DNA of 38,364 nt from Elusimicrobiota bacterium (GTDB lineage: Bacteria; CG03; SLGR01; JBDRKX01): positions 1 through 38,364 of the forward strand of contig JBDRKX010000031.1 in NCBI GenBank assembly GCA_043813605.1, read 5' to 3'. The position numbers were made by a program, and so were the translations under genes. Positions 17,301 to 24,913 of the stretch are shown here, piece by piece; position 1 is the stretch's first letter; each line of letters begins with the position of its first letter. The notes under the pieces are model-generated. The model worked only from the letters and a program-made list of their open reading frames with translations, ran no database searches and had not been told where the DNA came from.

Positions 17301-19462
17301 ATATTGAACACTCCCTTTTGGGAAGCGTCGGAAAGACCGAAAACAGACAGTGACCGGTTCGACACAATACTTTTTAATGCTGCAGCTTTATTAATAAATT
17401 CCAGATCAAAATATAGTTTCCCTGAAGCTGATTCAACACCCTTTTCGGGGGAAACGACGAACGCCGCTTCCTTGAGGCTGCCCACAACTTCCCAGTCAAT
17501 CGTTTCATCTTTCGAGTTCCAGCCCTGTTCAAGTTGCAAAGGTATACTCTGGACATCATCCGTACCCTTTATCTCCAGATTAACTGCGACCCGGCCGGAT
17601 TGACCGGAATCCGGCATTCTCACTCTTATCCTGGCAGTATTAACTTTTTGCGCACCCGGTTCGGATGGATAATCTTTTGTCCATACGCCTACAACAGTAT
17701 CTTTGGGCAGGTTATATTCGAATAGCAGGACATCCTTACCGGTTGTATCGTCGTATGAAATATTGACAGCGCCTCTGGATGATCCGATATTGAACACCCC
17801 CCTCTCAGCGCCATCCAGTATACCGAATGAAGACGCCGTTTCTACTGCAGCGCTTTTCATCTCTAAAGGTTTCAGTTTGATAAAATCAAGATTAAAAAAT
17901 AATGTCCCCTTTGCAGATACACCTTCTCCTTTAGGAGTGATCACAAAGACGACTTCGTCAAGGTCCCCGACTATATCCCAGTCAATCGGTTCCTGAATGG
18001 TGTTCCATCCGGTTTTAAGCCGGAGCGGTATGTTCTGGATATCCTTTGTCCCCTTTATCTCCAGTTTTACCGACACTTTCCGCGCCTCGACAGGATCAGG
18101 CGCTTTTATCTCTATCCTGGCTGTATTTACAGTATCCGCGCCAAGCCCTGAGGGAAACTCTTTTGTCCAGACACCGACAACGGTTTCTCTCGGCGCGTTA
18201 TAGTTAAAAGCAAGAACATCTTTACCGGAAGTCTTGTCTGATATGCGGATAACGTCACCCTGTGACGAACCGATATTGAACACTCCTTTTTTGCGGGCAG
18301 CAAGGATACTGAAAGACGGGGTCCCTTGTAAAGAAGGTGTTTTTTCTATATTGCCGCCCTTGCCCGAAGACGGCTGTTTGATAAAATCAAGGTCAAAACT
18401 CAATGTCCCGGACACCATCTCTGCGCCGCCCATAGGAGAGACCACAAAAACGACTTCCTTCAGTTCACCTATGGTCTTCCAATCGATGACTTCTTCGACT
18501 GTACTCCAGCCGGGTTCAAGACGCAGCGGGATGTGCTGTACTTCAACCGAACCTTTTATTTCCAGTTTTACCGATACCAGGTAAACCTGGTGCAGATCAG
18601 GTATTTCAACACTTACCTTGACAGAATCTACAGTATCACTCTTTATTTCAGCCGGAAAACTCTTTGTCCAGACACCTATCATGCTCTCTTTTGGCACCGA
18701 GTATTCAAACTTGAGAACATCTTTCTTTACAGTTTCGTCAAACACGCGGCTGACAGTACCTTCGGATTGCCCGATATTGAATACGCCGCGTTCAGCGGCT
18801 GCCAGTATATTAATAGAAGACGATGTTTCAGCAGGAACCGTGATCTGCATAGCCTCAGCTTTAACAAACGCAAGGTCCAGGTCCAACGTTCCGGCAGCCG
18901 AGTCCGCCGATCCGGCAGGTATGACGACAAAAACAACTTCTTCCAGAAGACCGATTTTTTCCCAGTCGATAGCTTCCTGGATAGAGTTCCAGCCGGATTT
19001 AAGACGCAGAGGTATTTCCTGGACATCCTTTGTTCCTTTGATCTCCAGTTTAACTGAAACCTGTTTCAACTGAGCGGGAGCAGACACATTAACGCCGATA
19101 TTCACAGCGTTCACGGAAAAGACACCCAGTTCCGCCGGATACCCTTTTGTCCAGACGCCTATAACCGAACCTTTAGGCGCATTATAGCCGAATTTTAAAA
19201 CATCCTTTTTCAGATTTTCATCATGTACACGCTCAACGGTTCCCTGCGACGGACCGATATTGAACACGCCATGACCGCTGGCATCAAGGATACCGAATGA
19301 TACGGGTTTTTCATCAGCTGCTGAAGGAGAGATGCATAATACCGCAAGCGCAGCAGATATCAACAGGCTTTGAAGATGTTTCAACAGACAGGATTTTCTG
19401 AATAACTTCCGAATTTTATTTTGATATGTCAGATCCTTCTCCTTTCTTAAAACTGACAGCAA
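11312..19462 (-). CDS. Giant modular protein: signal peptide + 5 tandem beta-rich repeats + polytopic membrane domain + GH94 glycoside phosphorylase (ChvB/NdvB C-terminal type)
   Basis: The C-terminus has two GH94 beta-sandwich units (QNREYKTVFMENGGGYS; TTRPYDHGMSN...NSQQNRITP) and a catalytic barrel with FYQASGAFGFRDQLQD, GDVFHW, GTGDWNDG, GESVWLGFF, GVRENG.YCH and YTGAAGW. Many hydrophobic segments lie at ~14540-16880. Confidence 0.9.
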   Translation of the reverse strand: MLSVLRKEKDLTYQNKIRKLFRKSCLLKHLQSLLISAALAVLCISPSAADEKPVSFGILDASGHGVFNIGPSQGTVERVHDENLKKDVLKFGYNAPKGSVIGVWTKGYPAELGVFSVNAVNIGVNVSAPAQLKQVSVKLEIKGTKDVQEIPLRLKSGWNSIQEAIDWEKIGLLEEVVFVVIPAGSADSAAGTLDLDLAFVKAEAMQITVPAETSSSINILAAAERGVFNIGQSEGTVSRVFDETVKKDVLKFEYSVPKESMIGVWTKSFPAEIKSDTVDSVKVSVEIPDLHQVYLVSVKLEIKGSVEVQHIPLRLEPGWSTVEEVIDWKTIGELKEVVFVVSPMGGAEMVSGTLSFDLDFIKQPSSGKGGNIEKTPSLQGTPSFSILAARKKGVFNIGSSQGDVIRISDKTSGKDVLAFNYNAPRETVVGVWTKEFPSGLGADTVNTARIEIKAPDPVEARKVSVKLEIKGTKDIQNIPLRLKTGWNTIQEPIDWDIVGDLDEVVFVITPKGEGVSAKGTLFFNLDFIKLKPLEMKSAAVETASSFGILDGAERGVFNIGSSRGAVNISYDDTTGKDVLLFEYNLPKDTVVGVWTKDYPSEPGAQKVNTARIRVRMPDSGQSGRVAVNLEIKGTDDVQSIPLQLEQGWNSKDETIDWEVVGSLKEAAFVVSPEKGVESASGKLYFDLEFINKAAALKSIVSNRSLSVFGLSDASQKGVFNIGMAEGVISTAADQAIKKDIMRFDYTAPKGTLVGVWTKDYPPGLNAGAANAVNVGVNVPDPGQVQQVMVTVEIKGDKDKQVIPLKLKSGWNSIREAIHWKKIGDLDEIVFVITPVGGTEAPATLYFDIDFFNLSFIETAGGKISLVLIFSLLMSLIAVFSGKLFSSRRAVEETGQIDDKKPVPEKKGSLKWDLLYGTAAVLIAGCALLIYSLGSSVGTMNPVGVCFRFLLAGLVGAVIAELLKYRLTSKHLTPGEVFQNVMFSGLLAASSSSQVLLQAPADWAQVMMKSNITASIAFLIYHAVNASSLASARKHLRAISGGLIVGTPYFFGWLLLLENTSLLNVLGNSLTGGLLISCPAILEFLGRLIVVFGFNEAVTNGISLVTSGKPLKIPKAHLVVFLVSLGVVMSPHIADLGSTDSVAALPLLFRSIIAVLTTILAHGGLWGEVYLLTGLTLDSTQRIAPTWATISGHVTTGVKKGMVYSGILMTILYVLNILLDARTSQMLMASLPIAIGVICGAVVFPLLKTIIETFDGSQAFFDRMRYSYRNWTLYMRGAVVGFGFAHMISQGLFQQDMPDRLMFGLIMGLAASLGVSLVRDIIYSIRGTGRIQSWRLYFIDSMLGTFVGTAAAFYLDASQVPVIIEKFRLYVSAGFSPQNYTTYPLVNKWGRIDLGSYSGGVRLLFTEALAGVINWSVAAWLFAVNRAFMVAFFQKDKAPIKFLFSKEGFIDLVKHMIQVLRWGLWMSPIIFTFLRMMATPTWYNQDGAVRSLFAIYNSLTMNPEAFHAWSLKLFIWLLAFDFFRILIWIDHMGLRVATLVNLSFIGMDKLDDKIARFIGPAAAQRYIPEAIKRFTTWAPLLLPFYLPRGQAWDHAWTTSEAMQNAARGGGMLAALKSLALPQILLLAGSGILICTGVSYLLRLLRKRAVSRREKTFELQNREYKTVFMENGGGYSEALKKSCDISRRSYDTIDPCGRVLYIVDTEEDPGSPKRFWPVTGNFPKNRFTASGIEKTDNTINVINEVNGIRTTICISLPDKDAPVEIWTLSVENLTDKPRSIKVVQYLEWVLNRGLDDRFHPQYSRLFPEMEYISGLNAVFSWQKNTQLMGILASDAVPEGFLISRMDFIGRARSIWTPRIVETLDFLEARDTAAYPTFDPVGSLLLDAGVDAASSRSMRFMIGYGSSRDAAVELINRHLRPGGAGIPASKEKKSPLIGHGEILPGTPQPYYEYTEGGNKMLVHTPYTTRPYDHGMSNALGHSIIVTNRGLHTTTSGNSQQNRITPECSDTVTREIPGEAIYLYDPDNNEWYSPTHHPLNDYTAENRSEFGVDGTAVFHMTRGSISTELTVFVPPDDPVGVYLLTVKNKSDKLKRMRIAPYFQIVLALQPENSGALKVEYNKEIDAVFFENPRNTFRTGPAFSSMSLPLDLVETKRGRFFGKERGTAFPYIVEKGEPDRTQVTDQRVIAGLIGTLEIPANDECTVAIILGQTDMRKEAETVVKKYKDVEKARQSLADTKKWWLSLMGTVKVETNNTEFDMFQNWLKYQALAERIWARRGFYQASGAFGFRDQLQDTVNLVWVDPALARRQILLHASQQFIEGDVFHWFFTLTDGRTAFACRSHASDNLLWLVWGVVEYIRATGDESILDEMTSYVVSENPFQPLPKNKHGLGDLYHRSTREDSVYRHCLRSIDLVFEKRMGKHGLPLIGTGDWNDGLDEIGSEGKGESVWLGFFLHYILKDMVNIIDKKEGSGRKEYYLKKMQALEAALEETWRDDRYLRAIHDDGTEIGIKDSGVWEIDALTAAWAVKSGINMERARTVFHTALRVLERDNVILLGWPALREDTTPYLGRSSKYPEGVRENGMYCHGVQWLIKAARLLAEYFENNGDTVKADEYRGTAYRLWMKIAAISHVTPDEIEIYGGQPNKQPADLLTTYDQGRMIWNGYTGAAGWLLRQAFESVVGASLVNNELVLPSDLDKPRGGLKIKSVFRDVKTSPLKGI
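16905..19300 (-). repeat. Five tandem 161-167-aa protein repeats
   Basis: GVFNIG starts at 19270, 18787, 18286, 17800 and 17314 (spacing 483, 501, 486, 486 nt). Each unit has GVWTK, EIKG, Q.IPL.L..GW, I(D/H)W, E.vFV..P and D.(D/E/A)F. Confidence 0.95.
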
Positions 19463-19562
19463 GTCAGAATCTTTTTATCCGAAACTACACCTGCAATTGA
19501 TGCTGAATACTTCATGGGAAATCCATAGAAATACGCCGGAATCCCTGTTACGCTTAAATCGA

Positions 19563-19591
19563 AAAGATAAACAGCCGGGCTGTTTATCTTT
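19563..19591. promoter_or_regulatory. Perfect 14-bp inverted repeat (operator or leader hairpin) in the divergent intergenic region
   Basis: aaagataaacagcc-g-ggctgtttatcttt. Confidence 0.55.
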
Positions 19592-19708
19592 GTTATTTTA
19601 ATGATTTTTCATTTATATTCAAGCATTTTTAAATATTTACAGATATAATGCTTTGTTTTACGCGCGGTCCGCAGTGACGGAACAGGCGCAAACTTTTTTA
19701 CTCTTTGG

Positions 19709-19737
19709 TTGGATAAAATAGCATATTATTGTACAAT
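19709..19737 (+). promoter_or_regulatory. Putative sigma70 promoter of hisF
   Basis: TTGGAT-17 nt-TACAAT, with AGGAGG RBS at 19760-19765. Confidence 0.45.
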
Positions 19738-19773
19738 GTTTAAATTGAGTACCGGCAGAAGGAGGAATCGCAC

Positions 19774-20538
19774 ATGAAAAGCATAAGGATAATGCCCTGT
19801 CTGGATATGAAGGACGGGCGGGTAGTAAAAGGCGTGAATTTTGTAAATCTTAAAGATGCCGGTGATCCGGTCCAGAACGCAAAATTTTATGAAAGCGAAG
19901 GCGCTGATGAACTTGCGATGCTCGATATAGCAGCCACGCTGGAGAACAGGAAGACCAGGCTGGAGTGGGTAAAGAACGTTTCATCTGTTATCAATATCCC
20001 CCTTACTGTCGGCGGCGGTATCGGGTCAATCGATGATATCAGCGAAGTACTGGAAGCAGGAGCGTCAAAAGTTTCCATGAACAGCGCGGCAGTAAATAAT
20101 CCCGGACTTATTTCTGAAGCCGCCGGCAGATTCGGATCAGAGACAGTTACCATAGCAATAGACGCCAGGAGGAATCCCGAAATGAAATCGGGTTTTGAGA
20201 TCGTTGTATCAGGCGGCACAAAACCGGTCGGAAAAGACGCAGTCGAATGGGCAATAGAATGCCAGAAACTCGGCGCCGGCACTATACTTCCCACAAGCAT
20301 GGACGGTGACGGCACGCTGGCCGGGTACGATATAGATTATACGTCCGCTATAGCTGAAGCTGTCGATCTGCCGGTTGTCGCTTCCGGCGGAGCGGGAGAA
20401 CTAAAACATTTTTATGAAGCCGTTATGGAAGGTAAAGCTGATATTCTTCTTGCGGCTTCCGTGTTCCATTTCCGTACTTTTTCGATAAGAGAGGTAAAGG
20501 AATACCTTGATTCCAGAGGCATAGAAGTCATACTCTGA
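19774..20538 (+). CDS. hisF: Imidazole glycerol phosphate synthase cyclase subunit
   Basis: IMPCLDMKDGRVVKGVNF, GADEL..LDI, PLTVGGGI, TSMDGDGTLAGYD, ASGGAG and LAASVFHF. Confidence 0.96.
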   Translation: MKSIRIMPCLDMKDGRVVKGVNFVNLKDAGDPVQNAKFYESEGADELAMLDIAATLENRKTRLEWVKNVSSVINIPLTVGGGIGSIDDISEVLEAGASKVSMNSAAVNNPGLISEAAGRFGSETVTIAIDARRNPEMKSGFEIVVSGGTKPVGKDAVEWAIECQKLGAGTILPTSMDGDGTLAGYDIDYTSAIAEAVDLPVVASGGAGELKHFYEAVMEGKADILLAASVFHFRTFSIREVKEYLDSRGIEVIL

Positions 20539-20808
20539 CACTATTCAGGCAGGTTTCTGCATTATAAAGACCCCGGGAATAGAGTTTATCTTTCCAAAGG
20601 TTTTTCGAGTTGACATGTTACCGCCCGGACCCAGTGGTCTTAATTATCCCGCCCTTTCATAAGAGCGTTTTCTACGGCTTTCAGAATCTTTTTTCCACAA
20701 AAGTAATTTCAGATATATTTATATATAAGCGTTTCATTATTAATCGGCTTTTTCATAAGTATCAGCTTTACAATGAAGTCTACTAAATATACAATTGTCT
20801 AGCAGAGT

Positions 20809-21783
20809 ATGAATAGAAAAAAGATAATCATATTTTTGTTTATTACCGCAGTCTGCGTTAATTGCCTATCAGCAAAAGACAGTGCATTCGAAAAAAAGGT
20901 GATCGAATTATCCGACAGGATACACAGTACGCTGCAATCTCTTCCTGCTAAAGACAATAAACTTAGAATAGCGGTACAGGATTTCACTAACCTGAACCAA
21001 TCCGCAAAAGATAACAATATAGGCGGAACTGTTTCGGCTATGCTCATCACCCGGTTCGTACAGAGCGGATATTATGAAGTAGTCGAAAGAGAACAGCTTT
21101 ATAAAGTCATCAAAGAGGCAGAGATCAGCATGCGCGGATTATCGGATCCCGATTCGGCAAAAAAAATAGGCAAAATAGTCAATGCGGATATCATTGTACT
21201 TGGAAGCGTTTCGGAAGTATCTGAATCATATTTCGTAAATACCCGTATTATTGATGTTGAAAAAGCCGTTGTCATAGCGGCGGCCTCAACTGATATAAAG
21301 ATAAGGAAACGCGTTTTTCACAAAGACAGGGTAGCGCAGATACAGAAAAACCTTGATACCCTGGACAAGACCATACATCTTTACTCGCAGATCGTATCCC
21401 AGCAGTACCTGAGAGTCGTATGGCCGGAAACCCTGTCTGTACTCGTACCGGAATATATCAGTGAACTGCCCGATCCGCTAGAAGGCAACTGGGTATATGA
21501 CAACGGAACGGGACAAGTGCATAACTCCGTCTATCCCGATCTGAAACCGGCTACTGTTTATCCGAAAATGGAGCCCGTATACAGGCAGGTGAGGCACGCG
21601 AATATTCAGAACGGCCTACGGATGCTGGATATGGCCGTTAAATCCTATTACGCCAATTACGGCAAATACCCGGAGAGCCTTGATGCTCTCGATAACTATT
21701 ACCTCAACCGTTTACCCAACCCTGCACCCGGCAGATGGATGTACGACAACGAGACCGGCGAGGTCTCCCATAAAGAAGATTGA
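20809..21783 (+). CDS. Secreted CsgG/FlgO-like domain protein with two C-terminal GspG/pilin-like globular repeats
   Basis: Signal peptide; IAVQDFTN, EVVEREQL..VIKE, KIGKIVNADIIVLGSV and RIIDVE; then two 82-aa-spaced units ending W.YDN.TG.V. Confidence 0.75.
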   Translation: MNRKKIIIFLFITAVCVNCLSAKDSAFEKKVIELSDRIHSTLQSLPAKDNKLRIAVQDFTNLNQSAKDNNIGGTVSAMLITRFVQSGYYEVVEREQLYKVIKEAEISMRGLSDPDSAKKIGKIVNADIIVLGSVSEVSESYFVNTRIIDVEKAVVIAAASTDIKIRKRVFHKDRVAQIQKNLDTLDKTIHLYSQIVSQQYLRVVWPETLSVLVPEYISELPDPLEGNWVYDNGTGQVHNSVYPDLKPATVYPKMEPVYRQVRHANIQNGLRMLDMAVKSYYANYGKYPESLDALDNYYLNRLPNPAPGRWMYDNETGEVSHKED

Positions 21784-21970
21784 CAAGATAATGTAACTTT
21801 CAGATTATTAACTGTTGTTCTTATTGCAGTACTTTTTTCTGGATTCAGCGTGTCTCCCGTCAATGCGGATATCCCGAAATACCTTACCTTCAAGGGTGTA
21901 TTGACCGATGCCGACGGACAGGCTGTAACCGCTCTGACCGGACGATATCGCTACAACAAGTCTAAAATAA
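21784..21970 (+). pseudogene. Start-less 5' remnant of a secreted protein
   Basis: QDNVTFRLLTVVLIAVLFSGFSVSPVNA-DIPKYLTFKGVLTDADGQAV: a signal peptide plus an iP..l.fqG.Ltd..G motif seen at the start of large secreted proteins; it then runs into the convergent gene. Confidence 0.5.
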
Positions 21971-21972
21971 AA

Positions 21973-23301
21973 TTACAGGCAGGAATAAAGCAGTTTTTTC
22001 CATTTGTTCAAACGGGACAATCTGTGTTCGTATGTATAGAGATGGAATAATTGAATACTTTTTTTTGTCTGCGCTAAAAAATCTTCTTCCTTGATGACTC
22101 CGTTTGAGAGCAGCGTATTGTAGACTCCCGTACCGGGGAATAGTGTCAGGATATGAACATTCAGATTAGTTATTTTGTTCTTCATTTTTTTCAGAAACTG
22201 CTTTGTCTCATCCACAGTTTTATTATTTTCTCCGGGGTATCCCACCATAATATGAGCTCCTACGCCTATTTCGTATTTACTGCAAAGATTGATCGCATTT
22301 TCTACATGTTCCAGTGTTTCTCCCTTGTTCATCTTTTCCAGAAGTGCAGGAGAACCTGTCTCCACACCGAATATCAGGTAACAGCAGCCTGTCTTTTTAG
22401 CCAGCCGGATATTCTCTTCATCAATATTATCAGCTCTTGTATTCGACGCCCAGTATACCTTTATATTGCGTTTTATTATCTCGTTACTCAGGTCATAATA
22501 AAGATCCGTGCCGAAAGGGAAATATGCATCCTGCACAAAAATCCCTCTGTAGCCGTATTCTTTTACAAGTAACTCGTATTCTTCGGCCACATTCCTGCCC
22601 GACCTTCTCCGCAAAACATCCCCGCAGGATGCCGGTACAGCGCAGAAATTACACCCGTAATCGCACGAGCGTGTCGTCATTACAGACCCCCACCTTATAC
22701 CTTCTGCCGGTTTCATTCTGTTACTTTCACCCCCCTGCCGATACCGCAGATAACTTTTCCTGTTATAAAGATGATACGCCGGAAAAGGGAGCCCGTCAAG
22801 ATCTTTTATGGGCTCCCGGGATGGAGTGCGAAGGATTCTTCCTTCTTCCATGTACGCTATTCCTTTTATGTCTTTAATGGATTTCTTTCCTTCAAATGAA
22901 TCGACTACTTCAGGAAAAGTTACCTCGCCTTCACCGACTACTGCCGCATCGGCGCGCGTAACAGGTAATATTTTTTCTGCCATTGCCGTAATAAAAGGAC
23001 CGCCCAGGACTATTCTGGTATCAGGAAATTTCTTCCTGATATAATCACATAAAAGATATACGCTCGTCCTGCTCGGAAAAAGACAACTGATCCCCACGAC
23101 ATCAAAAGTAATTCCATCAAACACCCTGGAAACATAATCCCACTTCAGGCTGAACAGGTCGGCTATCCATACAGAATGCCCTTTCTCTTCAAGGACAGAT
23201 GCAAGGTATCCCAGTCCCAGCGGCGGATATAACCTTGAATGAACTCCGGGCGGAAAAGGCTGGCCTGGAACGCATGGAGGCATTATCAATAGTATCTTCA
23301 T
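21973..23301 (-). CDS. B12-binding domain radical SAM protein
   Basis: PPLGLGYLASVL, IVLGGP, GEGE, CDYGCNFC (CX3CX2C), FGVETGS and IMVGYPGE. Confidence 0.93.
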   Translation of the reverse strand: MKILLIMPPCVPGQPFPPGVHSRLYPPLGLGYLASVLEEKGHSVWIADLFSLKWDYVSRVFDGITFDVVGISCLFPSRTSVYLLCDYIRKKFPDTRIVLGGPFITAMAEKILPVTRADAAVVGEGEVTFPEVVDSFEGKKSIKDIKGIAYMEEGRILRTPSREPIKDLDGLPFPAYHLYNRKSYLRYRQGGESNRMKPAEGIRWGSVMTTRSCDYGCNFCAVPASCGDVLRRRSGRNVAEEYELLVKEYGYRGIFVQDAYFPFGTDLYYDLSNEIIKRNIKVYWASNTRADNIDEENIRLAKKTGCCYLIFGVETGSPALLEKMNKGETLEHVENAINLCSKYEIGVGAHIMVGYPGENNKTVDETKQFLKKMKNKITNLNVHILTLFPGTGVYNTLLSNGVIKEEDFLAQTKKSIQLFHLYTYEHRLSRLNKWKKLLYSCL

Positions 23302-23407
23302 GTTTATCGTCTTCTCTACTGTTTTCGGACTGAAACATATTATATTTTTTTTATCCTTAAATAGCCATATGTTCTCTTGGTTATAGAACTCTTATTAACC
23401 CATATTC

Positions 23408-23437
23408 TTGAAAATGTCAGTGAATAAATATTATAAT
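23408..23437 (+). promoter_or_regulatory. Putative sigma70 promoter for REC-rsgA
   Basis: TTGAAA-18 nt-TATAAT, 13 nt before the ATG at 23451. Confidence 0.5.
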
Positions 23438-23450
23438 ATATTAGATACCC

Positions 23451-23828
23451 ATGACGAACAAAATACTTATAATCGATGATGAAGCGGCATTAGTCTTCCC
23501 ATTAGCGAAACTGCTTGAAAACAACGGTTACGAAGTCGATACTGCAGACAACGGCAAATCTGGTATTTACAAAGCCATCGCAGGTGATCCCGGCCTGATA
23601 ATACTCGATGTTATGATGGATGGCATGAACGGATGGGAAGTATGCTCCACCCTGAGATCTCATCCGAAAACAAAGGATGTTAAGATAATAATGCTCACCT
23701 GCAACGATTCCGATGCCGATTTTGCCAGATCGAAGGAGATCCGGGCAGACTGGTTCATTATCAAACCTTATGAGAATAGCTATATCCTCACTGTAATAAG
23801 CAAACTCCTGAAAAACCCGCTGGCCTGA
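23451..23828 (+). CDS. Single-domain response regulator
   Basis: KILIIDDE, LDVMM, IMLT and KPY. Confidence 0.92.
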   Translation: MTNKILIIDDEAALVFPLAKLLENNGYEVDTADNGKSGIYKAIAGDPGLIILDVMMDGMNGWEVCSTLRSHPKTKDVKIIMLTCNDSDADFARSKEIRADWFIIKPYENSYILTVISKLLKNPLA

Positions 23829-23829
23829 T

Positions 23830-24903
23830 ATGAACAATGATATCCGCAAAATAACCCTTGAAGACCTGGGGTATAATGACTTTTTCAGATCTCCCGGTAT
23901 TGAAGGCCGTTCCCCTGCCAGGGTAACAGCCGCGCATAAAGAAGCATATATATTAAGAACCGGAACTGCCGAGTATTTTGCAAAAATAACGGGAAAAATG
24001 ATGTTTACCGCTTCAGGCTCCGAAGACTACCCTGTTGTCGGTGACTGGGTCATGGTGTCATTCGAGGATAAAGGCCTGGCCGTTATACATGATATTTTAC
24101 CCCGAAAAACCGTTCTTAAGAGAAAATCCGCCGGCAACTCAGGAGTACAGATAATAGCTTCAAACATCGATACGGCATATATCGTAGAATCAATAGACAG
24201 GGATTACAGTCTGAACCGGTTTGAAAGGTATATTACAATTGCCGATTCAGGAGGTATCAGACTCGTTTTGATATTGAATAAAACAGACCTGGTCACCGGA
24301 CATGAACTGGAATCAAAATTATCCGAAGTAAATAACAGGTTTGAAGACCTCCCCGTTCTTGCGACCAGTACTGTTTCTGAAAATGGCATAACCGGCCTTA
24401 AAAACAGCATTAAAAAAGGAATGACTTACTGTTTCCTCGGATCTTCCGGAGTAGGCAAGACTTCTCTTATCAACTCTCTTATGGGTAAAGATATCCTGAA
24501 AACATCCGAAATAAACATATATACACAAAGAGGTAAGCACACAACTTCTCACAGGGAACTCTTTATACTGGAAACAGGAGGTCTTGTGATAGATAATCCC
24601 GGTATGCGCGAGATAGGACTGGTAGATTCAGAAGATGGCATCGGGAGCGTATTTGACGATATATCCGCGCTTTCAGATACCTGCAGGTTTTCCGACTGCA
24701 ACCACACACACGAAACCGGCTGCGCGGTATTAAAAGCTGTTGGATCAGGCGAACTGGATAAAGCTAAATATGAAAACTATATGAGGCTGGTAAAAGAAAA
24801 CGAGTTCAACAGCATGTCAAAACTTGAGAAAAGACAGAAAGACCGCAACTTTGGAAAATTCTGCAAAAAGGTGATGAAGTATAAAAAGAAACACAAATAT
24901 TAA
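23830..24903 (+). CDS. rsgA: Ribosome small subunit-dependent GTPase A
   Basis: Circularly permuted GTPase (NKTD, GSSGVGKT, GKHTT, DNPGMRE) and zinc motif CRFSDCNH.HE.GC. Confidence 0.95.
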   Translation: MNNDIRKITLEDLGYNDFFRSPGIEGRSPARVTAAHKEAYILRTGTAEYFAKITGKMMFTASGSEDYPVVGDWVMVSFEDKGLAVIHDILPRKTVLKRKSAGNSGVQIIASNIDTAYIVESIDRDYSLNRFERYITIADSGGIRLVLILNKTDLVTGHELESKLSEVNNRFEDLPVLATSTVSENGITGLKNSIKKGMTYCFLGSSGVGKTSLINSLMGKDILKTSEINIYTQRGKHTTSHRELFILETGGLVIDNPGMREIGLVDSEDGIGSVFDDISALSDTCRFSDCNHTHETGCAVLKAVGSGELDKAKYENYMRLVKENEFNSMSKLEKRQKDRNFGKFCKKVMKYKKKHKY

Positions 24904-24913
24904 GAATATCTGA

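Noticed and set aside
11312..19462. Calling the giant gene chvB/ndvB (cyclic beta-1,2-glucan synthase)
   Set aside because: Size and GH94 end are similar, but the N-terminal 1640 aa are repeats and TM helices with no recognisable GT84 catalytic region.
20540..20800. Possible minus-strand gene tail (KKILKAVENALMKGRDN*) and a 23-codon ORF
   Set aside because: Too short and no recognisable motif.
21781..21783. UGA recoding (alternative genetic code or selenocysteine)
   Set aside because: TGA ends many complete genes here (hisF, the REC at 23828, the diguanylate cyclase) and Trp is encoded by TGG.
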